DNA of 64,000 nt from the NCBI GenBank assembly GCA_026989015.1, contig JALSKD010000177.1, positions 401 to 64,400 of the forward strand, in the 5' to 3' direction. Of this stretch, positions 21,360 to 32,064 are shown in pieces. Position 1 is the stretch's first letter. Each line of letters begins with the position of its first letter. Source of the stretch: Gammaproteobacteria bacterium (GTDB lineage Bacteria; Pseudomonadota; Gammaproteobacteria; GCA-001735895). The notes beneath the pieces are model-generated. The model was given only the letters and a program-made list of their open reading frames with translations. It was not told the origin of the DNA and searched no databases. Position numbers and translations under genes: made by a program.

Positions 21360-21436
21360 GTCCCCGTGGCACAACTGGATAGCGCGACGCCCTCCTAAGG
21401 CGTAGGTTGCAGGTTCGAACCCTGCCGGGGACGCCA
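21360..21436 (+). tRNA. tRNA-Arg (anticodon CCT)
   Basis: GTCCCCG/CGGGGAC acceptor stem, ACGCC-CTCCTAA-GGCGT anticodon arm, GGTTCGAACCC T-arm, CCA end. Confidence 0.97.
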
Positions 21437-21440
21437 GAAC

Positions 21441-21472
21441 GAAAAAGCCGGTACACGGGTACCGGCTTTTTC
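21441..21472. terminator. Bidirectional terminator between tRNA-Arg and amt
   Basis: GAAAAAGCCGGTAC-ACGG-GTACCGGCTTTTTC. Confidence 0.9.
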
Positions 21473-21497
21473 ATGGGTAGCGTCTTGCGGCTCGGAA

Positions 21498-22784
21498 TCA
21501 GAAGTTGTAGCCGCGTTCCTCGTGCTGGGAGATGTCCAGCCCTTCGGTTTCCTCCTCGTCGCTGGCACGCAACGGAGTCACCAGGCCCACCAGCTTGAGC
21601 AGCACAAAACTCAGCACCGCCGTCCACAGGAACACCGACAACACACCAATGGCCTGGGCCGACAGCTGACTGCCCATGGTCATGCCTTCGGCCAGGCCGG
21701 CTCCCCCCCATTCGGTGGCGATGAACAGACCGGCGAACAGGCTGCCGATGATGCCGCCCACCCCGTGCACCGGGAAGACATCCAGCGAGTCGTCCACCCT
21801 GAGCACATTCTTCAGGGTATTGGTGGCAAAGAAGCAGACGACCCCTGCCGCGAAGCCGATGAACAGGGCCGCCATCGGGCCGACGAAACCGGACGCCGGG
21901 GTGATGGTACCCAGTCCGGCGACCATGCCGGTGGCAATGCCCAGTGCCGAGGCCTTGCCGTACTTGAACCATTCGATCAGCATCCAGGTAAAGGCACCGG
22001 TGGCCGCGCTGATATGCGTCGCCATCAGCGCCATGCCGGCATCGCCATTGGCGGCCAGGGCACTGCCGGCATTGAATCCGAACCAGCCCACCCACAGCAT
22101 CCCCGCTCCGGTGATGGTCATGGTCATGTTGTGCGGCATCATCTGCCGGGTCAGGAACCCCTTGCGCGGTCCCAGCACCAGGGCCGCGACCAGCGCGCCC
22201 ACGCCGGCGGTGATGTGCACCACGATGCCGCCGGCAAAATCCAGGGTACCCTGCTGCGCCAGCCAGCCGCCGCCCCAGACCCAGTGCGCCACCGGCACAT
22301 AGACGGCCAGGAACCAGATCACGCTGAACAGCAGCATCGACGGGAAGCGCATGCGCTCGGCGAAGCCACCGATGACCAGCGCGGGAGTGATGATGGCGAA
22401 GGTCATCTGGAAGGCGCTGAACACGGTTTCCGGGATGCTGCCGGAGAGGCTGTCACGGGTCACGCCCTGCATGAACGCCTTGTCCAGGCCGCCGATCCAG
22501 GCATTCATCGAACCGCCATCGGCGAACACCAGGCTGTAGCCCACCAACACCCAGAGGATGCTGACCGCACAGGTAATGGCAAAGCACTGCATCAACACCG
22601 ACAGCACATTGCGCGGCTGCACCAGACCGCCGTAGAACAGCGCCAGGCCCGGCAGGGTCATGAACAAAACCAGCGCGGTGGAGGCGAGGATCCAGGCGGT
22701 ATCGCCGCTGTCCAGGCCTTCGGCGCGGGCGGCGCCGGAGAACAGTGAAACGACCAACAACAAAAGCAGGGTGTTCAACTTCAT
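21498..22784 (-). CDS. amtB: Ammonium transporter
   Basis: GDTAW, FQMTFAIITPAL, DFAGGIVVH, LWVGWFGFNAGS, DDSLDVFPVHG; start placed at MKLNT. Confidence 0.95.
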   Translation of the reverse strand: MKLNTLLLLLVVSLFSGAARAEGLDSGDTAWILASTALVLFMTLPGLALFYGGLVQPRNVLSVLMQCFAITCAVSILWVLVGYSLVFADGGSMNAWIGGLDKAFMQGVTRDSLSGSIPETVFSAFQMTFAIITPALVIGGFAERMRFPSMLLFSVIWFLAVYVPVAHWVWGGGWLAQQGTLDFAGGIVVHITAGVGALVAALVLGPRKGFLTRQMMPHNMTMTITGAGMLWVGWFGFNAGSALAANGDAGMALMATHISAATGAFTWMLIEWFKYGKASALGIATGMVAGLGTITPASGFVGPMAALFIGFAAGVVCFFATNTLKNVLRVDDSLDVFPVHGVGGIIGSLFAGLFIATEWGGAGLAEGMTMGSQLSAQAIGVLSVFLWTAVLSFVLLKLVGLVTPLRASDEEETEGLDISQHEERGYNF

Positions 22785-22797
22785 GGGTTCCCTCCGG

Positions 22798-23148
<351 letters not shown>

Positions 23149-23173
23149 TTACAGCTGAACCCGTTCAGGCCGA

Positions 23174-23248
23174 GCACCGTAACGGTGCAGCCATTGGGCG
23201 GGAGGCGCATTATTCCATTTTTTGGTGCGCAGCGCACCACAGAGGTGC
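23174..23248. promoter_or_regulatory. Two NtrC-type boxes upstream of glnK
   Basis: GCACC-GTAAC-GGTGC (23174-23188) and GCACC-ACAGA-GGTGC (23234-23248) match the core GCACC-N5-GGTGC. Confidence 0.7.
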
Positions 23249-23249
23249 G

Positions 23250-24572
23250 TCAGCGTACGAACACCGCCATCGACTCGACATGGGCGGTCTGCGGGAACAT
23301 GTCCATCACGCCCAGCTCCTCGAGACGGTAGCCTGCCTCAATGAGCAATTGCGCATCACGCACCAGGCTGGACGGCTGACAGGAGACATAGACGATGCGT
23401 TCGGCGCCGAGACGGTGCAGATGAGGGATGACTTCGCGGGCGCCACTGCGTGGCGGATCGAGCAGGATCCGGTCGTAACGGCCACGCAGCCAGGGCTCGC
23501 TGCCATCGACCCGGGTCAGGTCCACGGCCCGATATTCGGTATTGTCGATGCCCTGGCGGCGGGCATTGGCACGGGCCCGCTCCACCATGGGTTGATCGCC
23601 CTCGATACCGGTCACCGACGCGCAGCGCCGAGCCATCGGCAGCGTGAAATTGCCCAGCCCGCAGAACAGATCCAATACCCGATGTTCCGGCTCCAGCTGC
23701 AGACGATCCAGTGCCTGCGCCACCATCTTCTGGTTGATGCCGGCATTGACCTGGGTGAAATCACTGACCCCGAAATCGATCTCCAGGTCGTCATCGGCCA
23801 GCGGGCGGAAGCTCAGTGTCTGCTCCTCTGGATACAGCGGACGGATGCTGTCCGGTCCCGCCGACTGGGTCTGCACCCACAGACCGCTGTGGCCGGCAAA
23901 GTCGATCAAGCGTTGGCGATCGGCTTCGCTCAGGGGGTCGAGGTGGCGAAACGCCAGCGCACAGTGGGTATCATCACAGGCCACTTCGATCTGGGCTATC
24001 CGGTCCTTCGCGTCCATCGCTCCGATCAGCGCGCTCAGTTCATCGAGTCGCTCGCCGACGCGGGGGTCGAGCACCGGGCAGCCGTGCATGTCCGCCAGAA
24101 ACGGGCTGCTGCGCTCGCGGAAACCGACCAGCACACGCCCCTTGCCCGGCACATGCTTGACGCCGAGGCGCGCCTTGCGGCGATAGCCCCAGGATTCGGC
24201 ACGCAAGGGTTCCATCCAGCGGCCCGCCTCGATGCCCGCGTGCGCCATCATTTCGGCCAGCGCACGCTGCTTGAAATCGATCTGCGCGTCACTCTCCAGG
24301 TGCTGGAGGCTGCAGCCGCCGCAGACACCGAAATGGGCACAGCGCGGTTCGATGCGCAGCGGCGAGGCCTCGATCACTTCCGCCGCGTGACCTTCGGCCA
24401 GCTGCTTGCGGTTGCGGTCGATCCGTACCGACACCTTCTCGCCCGGCAGGGCACCGAACACGAACACGATCTTGCCATTGTGGTGGCAGATGCCGCGCCC
24501 TTCGTGGGACAGCTTTTCGATCCGTGCCTCGAAGGGCGGCGGCGGTGTGCGTCGTCGGTTTCTGCGTGCCAT
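23250..24572 (-). CDS. rlmD: 23S rRNA m5U1939 methyltransferase
   Basis: TRAM domain, CAHFGVCGGC Fe-S motif, DLFCGLGNF, LDPPRSG, YVSC, DMFPQTAHVE. Confidence 0.96.
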   Translation of the reverse strand: MARRNRRRTPPPPFEARIEKLSHEGRGICHHNGKIVFVFGALPGEKVSVRIDRNRKQLAEGHAAEVIEASPLRIEPRCAHFGVCGGCSLQHLESDAQIDFKQRALAEMMAHAGIEAGRWMEPLRAESWGYRRKARLGVKHVPGKGRVLVGFRERSSPFLADMHGCPVLDPRVGERLDELSALIGAMDAKDRIAQIEVACDDTHCALAFRHLDPLSEADRQRLIDFAGHSGLWVQTQSAGPDSIRPLYPEEQTLSFRPLADDDLEIDFGVSDFTQVNAGINQKMVAQALDRLQLEPEHRVLDLFCGLGNFTLPMARRCASVTGIEGDQPMVERARANARRQGIDNTEYRAVDLTRVDGSEPWLRGRYDRILLDPPRSGAREVIPHLHRLGAERIVYVSCQPSSLVRDAQLLIEAGYRLEELGVMDMFPQTAHVESMAVFVR

Positions 24573-24590
24573 GATGTTCCTTGAGCTGGG

Positions 24591-25367
24591 TCAGAGCGCC
24601 TGCCAGCGTTGCTCAAACTCGATCAGATGAGGCTGGCCGGAGGCCTTGAGGTGATCACGCACCCGCTGGCACTGCGCCGCATACTGGCTGTCATCCAGGT
24701 TGCCACGGTTACGCTCCCAGTTGAGGTACACCAGGTAGGTGTTGAGCACATCGGTCTCGCAATAGTCGCGGATGGCCTTGAGGTCGCCCTTGAGCCAGGT
24801 CTCCCAGACCTTCGAACCGTCCATGCCCATCTTGCCGGGGAAACCACAGAGGGTGGCGATCTCGTCGAGGCGCACCGCGGCGCGCGGCTGGTAGGCGGCG
24901 AGCACATCCATCAGATCGGTGTGCCGCTCATGGTAACGCGACAGGTAGTTGTTGTAGCGAAAATCGCGGTCGTGCTGCCCGCTGTCCCAGTAGCGTTCGG
25001 CGGCGATCGGATACAGCAGGCTGCGGTAATGGATGACGGGCAGGTCGAAACCGGACCCGTTCCAGGACACCAGCCGCGGAGTGTAGCGGTCGATGCCGGC
25101 ATAGAAGCGTTCCAGCAATTCCCGCTCGTCGGCGTTTTCATCGCCCAGCGACCAGACGCGGAACTGATCGCCGTGCACCAGCACGGCCGATATGGCGACA
25201 ATGCGGTGCAAATGATGGCGCAGGAATTCGGTGCCGGCCTGCTGCCGGCGCAGATGGTACACCGCCTTGGCGACATCCTCGTCGGAAAGGCCGTGCAGGT
25301 CATACAGCCGGCGTGCGCCGTCGATGTCGGGGATGGTTTCGATGTCGAAAACGAGGATATTGTTCAT
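24591..25367 (-). CDS. PolB-like 3'-5' exonuclease family protein
   Basis: LVFDIETIPD, VSWNGSGFDLPV, HTDLMD, YCETDVLNT. Confidence 0.9.
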   Translation of the reverse strand: MNNILVFDIETIPDIDGARRLYDLHGLSDEDVAKAVYHLRRQQAGTEFLRHHLHRIVAISAVLVHGDQFRVWSLGDENADERELLERFYAGIDRYTPRLVSWNGSGFDLPVIHYRSLLYPIAAERYWDSGQHDRDFRYNNYLSRYHERHTDLMDVLAAYQPRAAVRLDEIATLCGFPGKMGMDGSKVWETWLKGDLKAIRDYCETDVLNTYLVYLNWERNRGNLDDSQYAAQCQRVRDHLKASGQPHLIEFEQRWQAL

Positions 25368-25371
25368 GCCG

Positions 25372-26259
25372 TCACTCCGCGGGAAAGACGCCGGTGGACA
25401 GGTAGCGGTCGCCACGATCGGCGATGATCGCCACCAGGGTCGCTTGCTCCAGTTCCCGCGCCAGACGCAGGGCCACCGCCACCGCGCCACCGGAAGAAAT
25501 GCCGCAGAAGATGCCCTCGCGCGCCGCCAGCTCGCGGGTGGTCTGCTCGGCCTCCTGCTGGGTCACGTCCAGCAACCGGTCGACATGGGTCGGGTCGTAG
25601 ATCTTTGGCAGGTATTCCTCGGGCCAGCGGCGGATGCCGGGAATGGTCGCCCCCTCGGCCGGATGCACACCGATCACCTCGATCGAGGGATCAACCTCCT
25701 TGAAATACCGGGAACAGCCTACAATCGTTCCGGTGGTGCCCATGGCGCTGATGAAATGGGTCAGCCCCTGCTCGCTCTGGCGCCATATCTCCGGCGCGGT
25801 GCCCCGGTAATGCGCATCCGGATTGTCCGGGTTGGAGAACTGGTCCACCAGCCAGCCGCGCCCTTCGCGTGCCAGGCGCTCGGCCAGATCGCGGGCGCCC
25901 ATCATGCTCTCCTCCTTGCTCACCAGCAGCAGTTCGGCACCATAGGCCTTCATCACCGCCCGCCGTTCCAGGCTCATGTTTTCCGGCATCACCAGCAGCA
26001 TGCGGTAGCCCTTGACCGCCGCCGCCATTGCCAGCGCAATGCCGGTATTCCCGCTGGTGGCCTCGATCAGCGTGTCGCCAGGGCGGATGTCGCCCCGCGC
26101 CTCGGCGCGGTCGATCATGTGCAGCGCGGGCCGGTCCTTGACCGAACCGGCCGGGTTGTTGCCCTCCAGCTTCACCATCACCCGGTTGCCGCGTTCGGGA
26201 CTGCCCAGATGCTGCAATGTCACCAGTGGCGTGTTTCCGATATAATCCTGAAGATACAT
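25372..26259 (-). CDS. cysM: Cysteine synthase B
   Basis: IGNTPLV, KLEGNNPAGSVKDR, EATSGNTG, MGTTGT, IPGIRRW, DRGDRYLSTGVF. Confidence 0.95.
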   Translation of the reverse strand: MYLQDYIGNTPLVTLQHLGSPERGNRVMVKLEGNNPAGSVKDRPALHMIDRAEARGDIRPGDTLIEATSGNTGIALAMAAAVKGYRMLLVMPENMSLERRAVMKAYGAELLLVSKEESMMGARDLAERLAREGRGWLVDQFSNPDNPDAHYRGTAPEIWRQSEQGLTHFISAMGTTGTIVGCSRYFKEVDPSIEVIGVHPAEGATIPGIRRWPEEYLPKIYDPTHVDRLLDVTQQEAEQTTRELAAREGIFCGISSGGAVAVALRLARELEQATLVAIIADRGDRYLSTGVFPAE

Positions 26260-26346
26260 TGAAGACCCAGATCAAGAATACGGGCGCCTAGTGTACTGGA
26301 AAGCCATGTCCGGCACTACGCGCAGCCCCAGCCGCCGGAGTGAACC

Positions 26347-28350
26347 ATGTCAGTCCGACCCGTTATCCGCTTCAGCCTGTTGCTGACATGTCTGCTGGCC
26401 CTGCCAGCCGCAGCGGACTACCGCGCCGAGGATGATTTCTATGGCGAAGCGCCGATCGTGCTGACCGTGTCACGGCTCGACAAGCCGCTGGCCGAATCGC
26501 CCGCCTCGGTCAGCGTCATCGATCGCCAGATGATCCGTGATTCCGGCGCCACCAGCCTCTCCGAGTTGCTGCGCCTGGCCCCCGGATTCATCGTCGGCTA
26601 CTACTACGACAATTCGCCGGTGGTCACCTATCAGGGGCTGGGCGCACGCTGGATGCGACGCCTGCAGGTATTGATCGACGGTCGTTCGGTGTTCGTGCCC
26701 TCCTACGGCGGCGTCCCCTGGAACAACCTGCCGCTGCTGATCGAGGACATCGAGCGCATCGAGATCACCCGCGGACCCAATGCCGTGACCTATGGCGCCA
26801 ACGCCTTTCTCGCCACCATCAACATCATCACCCGCCATTCGGCCGAGGATCTGGGCCACGCCGCCTCGGGCGCCGGTTCCCTCGACCGCGACAGTGGCAT
26901 CGGGCATGTCTATTACCGCTACGGCGGCAACAACGAGGATCTCGACTGGCGGCTCAGCCTCGGCCACGAGGAAGATGCCGGCTACAGCGTTCCTCGTGAC
27001 GGCAAGCGGGTAAACAAGATCAATCTGCGCCTCGATTACCTGAGCGCCTACAACCGTTTCTGGAGCCTGCAGGTCGGGTTCAGTTCGTCCAGCGTGAACC
27101 TCGGTGACGGCGAAGCCACCGATCCCGTTCGCGTGGAGGAAACCGATCACGGCTATTTCAATGGCTCCTGGGAAGCCATCGACGATGATGTGACCAGCCG
27201 CATACGCCTGACGCTGAGCCGTCAGGACGCCGATGACCATTATGTGACCGGCACGCTGAACGATTTCATCGCCGAGCTGACCGGCGACCCCACATTCCAG
27301 CTGCTTCCTCCGTTCGTCACCGATGTCGATCTGGGCCGGGATTCGACGCGCAGCGAACTCGAGCTCTATCAAAACCGCCAACTCAACGAGGCCGTCCAGA
27401 TCAATTACGGCATCGGCCTGCGCAATGACCGGGTCGAATCCTTCTATCTGTTCAACGACCGCAGCGTCCACAGCCTGGACCAGAGCCGTCTGTTCGGGAG
27501 CCTCGAATGGCGCACCGGAAACGGATGGTTGCTCGACACGGGCATCATGCTGGAGGACAGCAGCCGAACCGACACCGAAACCAGCGGCCGGCTGTCACTG
27601 ATCCGCCTGTTCGACCGGCACAGCCTGCGCATGGTGGTCTCCAGGGCGTACCGCAACCCCATTCTGTGGGAACTCGAAGGCAGCACCACCTTTGATGCCT
27701 ACATACCGCCACCCATCGACCGGAACTATTACCTGGTCATTTTCCGCGCCCGTCCCGGCATCGATGCCGAATCCATCCTCTCCCGCGAAATCGGTCTCTA
27801 CAGCCGCTGGATGGATGATCAGCTGACGACCGATATCAAGCTGTTCAACTACCGTGTCGAAGACCAGATCACCGTTGAGGAAATCAGCCTCAACCCTGAC
27901 CCGGTCACCGGTTATCCGCAGCAGTTCGGTCAGGCCGTCAATGGCGGCAACACACGGGTCCGTGGTCTCGAGCTGTCCTTCAACTACAGCGCCGCAGGCG
28001 GACGCACGCGCCTGTTTGGCGGCTACAGCCTTGTCGAAGCCGACAGCTTCGATCAGGACAGTGAAGACAGTTTCCCGATGCACACGGGCTTTCTGGGCGG
28101 GCATGTCAATGTCGGCGAGAACCAGCAGTTCTCCGGTGTCTGGTATCATGTGGGCCGCTTCTCCTGGGGCGATCGGCACCGTTTCACCGACAGCTACGAC
28201 AAGCTCGATCTGCGCTGGGCCTATCTGCTCGATGCCGAGCACGCCCTGCGAGTGGAACTGATCGGCAAAAATCTGCTCGGTGATTACGGGGATTATGTCA
28301 AGTACGACCATCAAACCGCCTGGCTAGTGCGTCTTTCCGGAGAGTTCTGA
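26347..28350 (+). CDS. TonB-dependent receptor
   Basis: Signal peptide; plug motifs VLTVSRL..ESPASVSVI, VLIDGRSV, IERIEITRGP..YGANAF..INIIT; amphipathic strands; terminal Phe. Confidence 0.92.
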   Translation: MSVRPVIRFSLLLTCLLALPAAADYRAEDDFYGEAPIVLTVSRLDKPLAESPASVSVIDRQMIRDSGATSLSELLRLAPGFIVGYYYDNSPVVTYQGLGARWMRRLQVLIDGRSVFVPSYGGVPWNNLPLLIEDIERIEITRGPNAVTYGANAFLATINIITRHSAEDLGHAASGAGSLDRDSGIGHVYYRYGGNNEDLDWRLSLGHEEDAGYSVPRDGKRVNKINLRLDYLSAYNRFWSLQVGFSSSSVNLGDGEATDPVRVEETDHGYFNGSWEAIDDDVTSRIRLTLSRQDADDHYVTGTLNDFIAELTGDPTFQLLPPFVTDVDLGRDSTRSELELYQNRQLNEAVQINYGIGLRNDRVESFYLFNDRSVHSLDQSRLFGSLEWRTGNGWLLDTGIMLEDSSRTDTETSGRLSLIRLFDRHSLRMVVSRAYRNPILWELEGSTTFDAYIPPPIDRNYYLVIFRARPGIDAESILSREIGLYSRWMDDQLTTDIKLFNYRVEDQITVEEISLNPDPVTGYPQQFGQAVNGGNTRVRGLELSFNYSAAGGRTRLFGGYSLVEADSFDQDSEDSFPMHTGFLGGHVNVGENQQFSGVWYHVGRFSWGDRHRFTDSYDKLDLRWAYLLDAEHALRVELIGKNLLGDYGDYVKYDHQTAWLVRLSGEF

Positions 28351-28378
28351 CACAGCAGGCAACCGAAGGACCGCAGGA

Positions 28379-29329
28379 ATGAAGTACCTATGGAGATACT
28401 GCCGAGTCCACCTTCTTCTGATCGTCCTGATCGGTATGACGGGCGCTGTGGGCGCCGCCGATACGCCGCAGGAACCCGTGCCGTCAATGCGCAGCCTGTG
28501 GATCATCTCCAGCAGCAACAACCGCTTCTTCCGGCGCAGCATCCGGCGCATCGAAGAACGGATGGCCGCTCATGTCGACCGCATCGTCAAAATCCACAGT
28601 GACGAAATCGAACAGCGGCGCGACGACCTGGCCCAGGCCTCGCTGATCGTCACCCTCGGTGCACGCGCCATGCGCCAGATCAGCGCCATGGACCTGGATC
28701 GTCCCCTGCTCCACGCCTATCTGACCCGCTACCAGTACCTCTCCGACCCGCCGCTTCCGGGCAGCCACAGCCTGCTGCTCGACCAGCCACTGGAACGGCA
28801 CCTGCGCTTCAACCGGGAACTCACCGGCGCCCGCAACATCGGGCTGCTCAATGTGAAAATGACCGCCTGGGACACGGAACAGCTGCAGCAGCTCGCCCGG
28901 AGTGAGGGCGTCGAGGTGGAACAGAAACTGATCGACCCCGAACAAGGCAATCCGGTGGCCGAGGTGCGCAAGATCCTGCAGAACAACGACAACCTGCTGG
29001 CGCTTCCGGTGCCGGTTCTCTACAATCGGAAGACGCTCAAGGGTATCCTTCTGGCTGCCTACCGCCTGCGCAAGCCGGTACTGAGCTATTCTCCGGCCCA
29101 TGTGCGCGCAGGCGCACTCGGTGCCCTGTACGCCACCCCGGAACAGATCGGGGACCAGATCGCCGATGTCGCCCTGCCCTGGCTGCTGGGCCAGGCGCCA
29201 ACGACAGCCCATGAGCTGGCCCGCTATTTTGCCATCGACATCAACCGTCAGGTGGCAACGGCCCTCGGCATCCACCCCCCCTCGGCCGAACAACTGCAAC
29301 AGGCCATCGAGGACGCCATTCAGCCATGA
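28379..29329 (+). CDS. Periplasmic binding protein (ABC_sub_bind-like) without adjacent permease or ATPase
   Basis: Signal peptide; LIVTLGARA, LLLDQP, LLALP..LYN, ILLAAYR..PV, VRAGALGALYATPEQIG, INRQVATALGI. Confidence 0.75.
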   Translation: MKYLWRYCRVHLLLIVLIGMTGAVGAADTPQEPVPSMRSLWIISSSNNRFFRRSIRRIEERMAAHVDRIVKIHSDEIEQRRDDLAQASLIVTLGARAMRQISAMDLDRPLLHAYLTRYQYLSDPPLPGSHSLLLDQPLERHLRFNRELTGARNIGLLNVKMTAWDTEQLQQLARSEGVEVEQKLIDPEQGNPVAEVRKILQNNDNLLALPVPVLYNRKTLKGILLAAYRLRKPVLSYSPAHVRAGALGALYATPEQIGDQIADVALPWLLGQAPTTAHELARYFAIDINRQVATALGIHPPSAEQLQQAIEDAIQP

Positions 29330-32052
29330 AGAAATCGCGCATCCGTTTTCAGATCCTGATCGCCGCCCTGATCCCGGTGCTGCTGGTCGATGCGCTGCTG
29401 ACCTCGGTGCTCGTCGAACGCAGCATCAATCAGGCCGAAGAGTTGTTGCGCAGCAAGGGCGAGTTGATGGCCCAGCAGATCGCAGGGGCCGCCGAATTCT
29501 ACCTCTACTCCGGCAACGCCGAGGCAATACGCCGCCTGCTCGAACAGAGCCTGAACAACGATGCGGTCACCTACCTATCGGTATACGACGGCCGTGGCCG
29601 GATCATCGCCGAAGCCCGTGGCGACGGCTACCGGCCCGATCGCATCGACGACTATTATTACTACCGCCACGACATCCGCAGCCAGAGTCTGGAACTGAAC
29701 GACATCTTCGAACCGGACGACAGCGGCGAACAGACTGCTACGACCATCGGCCGCGTGCACCTCTACCTTTCGAAACAGGGTCTCCGGACGCAGATCCGCC
29801 AAAGCATCCTGCAGGGGGCTCTGCTGTTCGTCCTGATGCTGCTGCTGGCCACGGTGATCGCCTGGCTGATCAGCCGCCACATCACCCGCCCGGTATTCAC
29901 CCTGCTGCAGCACATCCGTGAAGTGGAAGCCGGCAACCTCGGTCAGACCATCGAAGACATCGAGGACAACGAAATCGGCGATGTGCAGGAAGGCTTCAAC
30001 AGCATGTCCCAGGCCCTGCTGGCCAACCGCATGCAGCTCGACCAGAAGATCAAGAGCGCAACCCTGGAATTGATGAACGCGATCACCGACCTGGAATACA
30101 AGAACCGGGAACTGTCCAACGCCCGGGATCACGCCGAATACGCCAGCCAGGTAAAATCCCGCTTCCTGGCCAACATGAGTCACGAGATCCGCACCCCGAT
30201 CAACGGCATCCAGGGCTTCGTCGGCCTGCTCGAAAAAACCGCTCTGGACAACGACCAGAACCGCTACATCGGCATCATCAAGCAATCCACGCGCGACCTG
30301 CGCGCCATCGTCGACGAGATCCTCGATTTCTCCAAGATCGAATCGGGCAAGGTCGAGATCGCCGAAAACCCCTTCGACCTCTACGAACTGGTGGAATCGA
30401 CCCGCGACAGCCTGTTCTCCAACGCCCTCGAGAAAGGCATCGACCTGCACCTGATCGTCTACAGCGACACCCCGCGCCAGCTGGTTGGCGACAAGCTGAG
30501 GCTCAAGCAGATCCTGATCAACCTGCTCGGTAACGCAATCAAGTTCACCGACAAGGGCTTCGTCTCGCTGACCGTCTATATCGAAGACGAAAGCAGCAGC
30601 CAGATCATGCTTCGCTTCGTGGTCGAGGACAGCGGTATCGGCATCTCCAGCGAGGACCAGAGCCAGCTGTTCCAGGCCTTCACCCAGATCGAGTCCGACA
30701 GCAACCGCCGCTATTCGGGGACCGGCCTCGGACTGGTCATCTCCAAGAACCTGGCAGCGCTTATGGGCGGTGACATTCTGCTCGAGAGCCGCGAAGGCGA
30801 AGGCTCCACCTTCACCCTGATCCTGCCCTTCAAGCCCTTCTATTCGGTGGAGCAGGACAGCGGGCTGAAGGCCGAGCGCAACGCCATGATCTACGCCTTC
30901 AGCGAGCGCGCCCTGCACGAACTTCAGACCCTCTACAACCGAATCGGATTCCTCACCGAAACCGAGCAGCTGGGTCCGGACGAAGACGCCGACACCCTGC
31001 GCCAGCAGCTGATGCAGAACCTGCCCTATCTCGATCTGGTGGTCTTCGACCTGCGCCACCACAGCCTGGAACCCGACGCGCTGATGGATGCCGCCGTGTG
31101 CCAGCAGTGCCGCTGTATCATCATGCACTACGACATCAGCCTGGTGGACAACGCCCTGCTCAACCGCTTCGAATTCATCGCGGTGATCAACACCAGCAGC
31201 CGCTTGGAGCAGATGCTTCTGAACACGGACGCCTCGGCAGCCACGGCCGGCGAGGCGCTCCCGTCCGCGAATCCGGTCAGTGGTGCGCGGCGCATCCTGC
31301 TGGTCGACGACAACGCCATCAACCTGGCTCTGGGCAGTGAACTGGTGCGTCTGTGGGGGCATCAGTGCGTGGAGGCCGAAAATGCGGAACAGGCATTGCA
31401 GGCCTTCGAACAGCAGGAATTCGACATCATCCTGCTCGACATCCAGATGCCCGGCATCGACGGCATCGAGCTGATGAAGATGCTGCGCGAACGCGCGCCG
31501 GAGCTGAAGGCGCCGATCGTCGCCCTCACCGCCAATGTGCTCCCGGAACAGAAACAGAAACTGCTGGATCTGGGCTTCGACGGCTATCTGGGCAAGCCGC
31601 TGGACGAACACAAGCTGCGCCGCCTGCTGGAGCAGGAGGAGATGCCCGCCGATATCGGTCACAGGCCTTCAGGAGAGGTGGTGGGCGCTGGAGACGACCG
31701 GGTCATCGATCACCCTGGCACGCTGCGCCTGTCGGCCAACAATGAAAACCTGGCCCAGGATCTTTACCGACTGATGCGCAAGGAGATTCCCGAGCATGCC
31801 CACCTGCTCAGGCAACTGATTGCCGAAGATGCAGTGCATGAATGGGAGGACCGCAACCGCGAGATCGCCGCGATCATGCACAAGCTGCAGGGCGTCACCT
31901 GCTACGCGGCGCTGCCCCGGCTGCGCCGGCTGTTGCAGCAATGGACCTGGCAGCGGCAGCAAGGCGATGCCGCGGTCATCGACTTCACCGAGCAGGTCAT
32001 CGTCGAGCTGGAAGCCATCCGCGATGAACTGGACTCGGTGGGCGCGGCCTGA
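29326..32052 (+). CDS. barA: BarA/GacS-type hybrid sensor histidine kinase
   Basis: Two TM helices, HAMP, FLANMSHEIRTP, HATPase (NLLGNAIKFT, DSGIG, GTGLGL), receiver (LLVDD..DIQMP), Hpt (HKLQG); sits between acpS and cysM-rlmD like gammaproteobacterial barA/gacS. Confidence 0.85.
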   Translation: MKKSRIRFQILIAALIPVLLVDALLTSVLVERSINQAEELLRSKGELMAQQIAGAAEFYLYSGNAEAIRRLLEQSLNNDAVTYLSVYDGRGRIIAEARGDGYRPDRIDDYYYYRHDIRSQSLELNDIFEPDDSGEQTATTIGRVHLYLSKQGLRTQIRQSILQGALLFVLMLLLATVIAWLISRHITRPVFTLLQHIREVEAGNLGQTIEDIEDNEIGDVQEGFNSMSQALLANRMQLDQKIKSATLELMNAITDLEYKNRELSNARDHAEYASQVKSRFLANMSHEIRTPINGIQGFVGLLEKTALDNDQNRYIGIIKQSTRDLRAIVDEILDFSKIESGKVEIAENPFDLYELVESTRDSLFSNALEKGIDLHLIVYSDTPRQLVGDKLRLKQILINLLGNAIKFTDKGFVSLTVYIEDESSSQIMLRFVVEDSGIGISSEDQSQLFQAFTQIESDSNRRYSGTGLGLVISKNLAALMGGDILLESREGEGSTFTLILPFKPFYSVEQDSGLKAERNAMIYAFSERALHELQTLYNRIGFLTETEQLGPDEDADTLRQQLMQNLPYLDLVVFDLRHHSLEPDALMDAAVCQQCRCIIMHYDISLVDNALLNRFEFIAVINTSSRLEQMLLNTDASAATAGEALPSANPVSGARRILLVDDNAINLALGSELVRLWGHQCVEAENAEQALQAFEQQEFDIILLDIQMPGIDGIELMKMLRERAPELKAPIVALTANVLPEQKQKLLDLGFDGYLGKPLDEHKLRRLLEQEEMPADIGHRPSGEVVGAGDDRVIDHPGTLRLSANNENLAQDLYRLMRKEIPEHAHLLRQLIAEDAVHEWEDRNREIAAIMHKLQGVTCYAALPRLRRLLQQWTWQRQQGDAAVIDFTEQVIVELEAIRDELDSVGAA

Positions 32053-32064
32053 ACGGTCAGGCGC

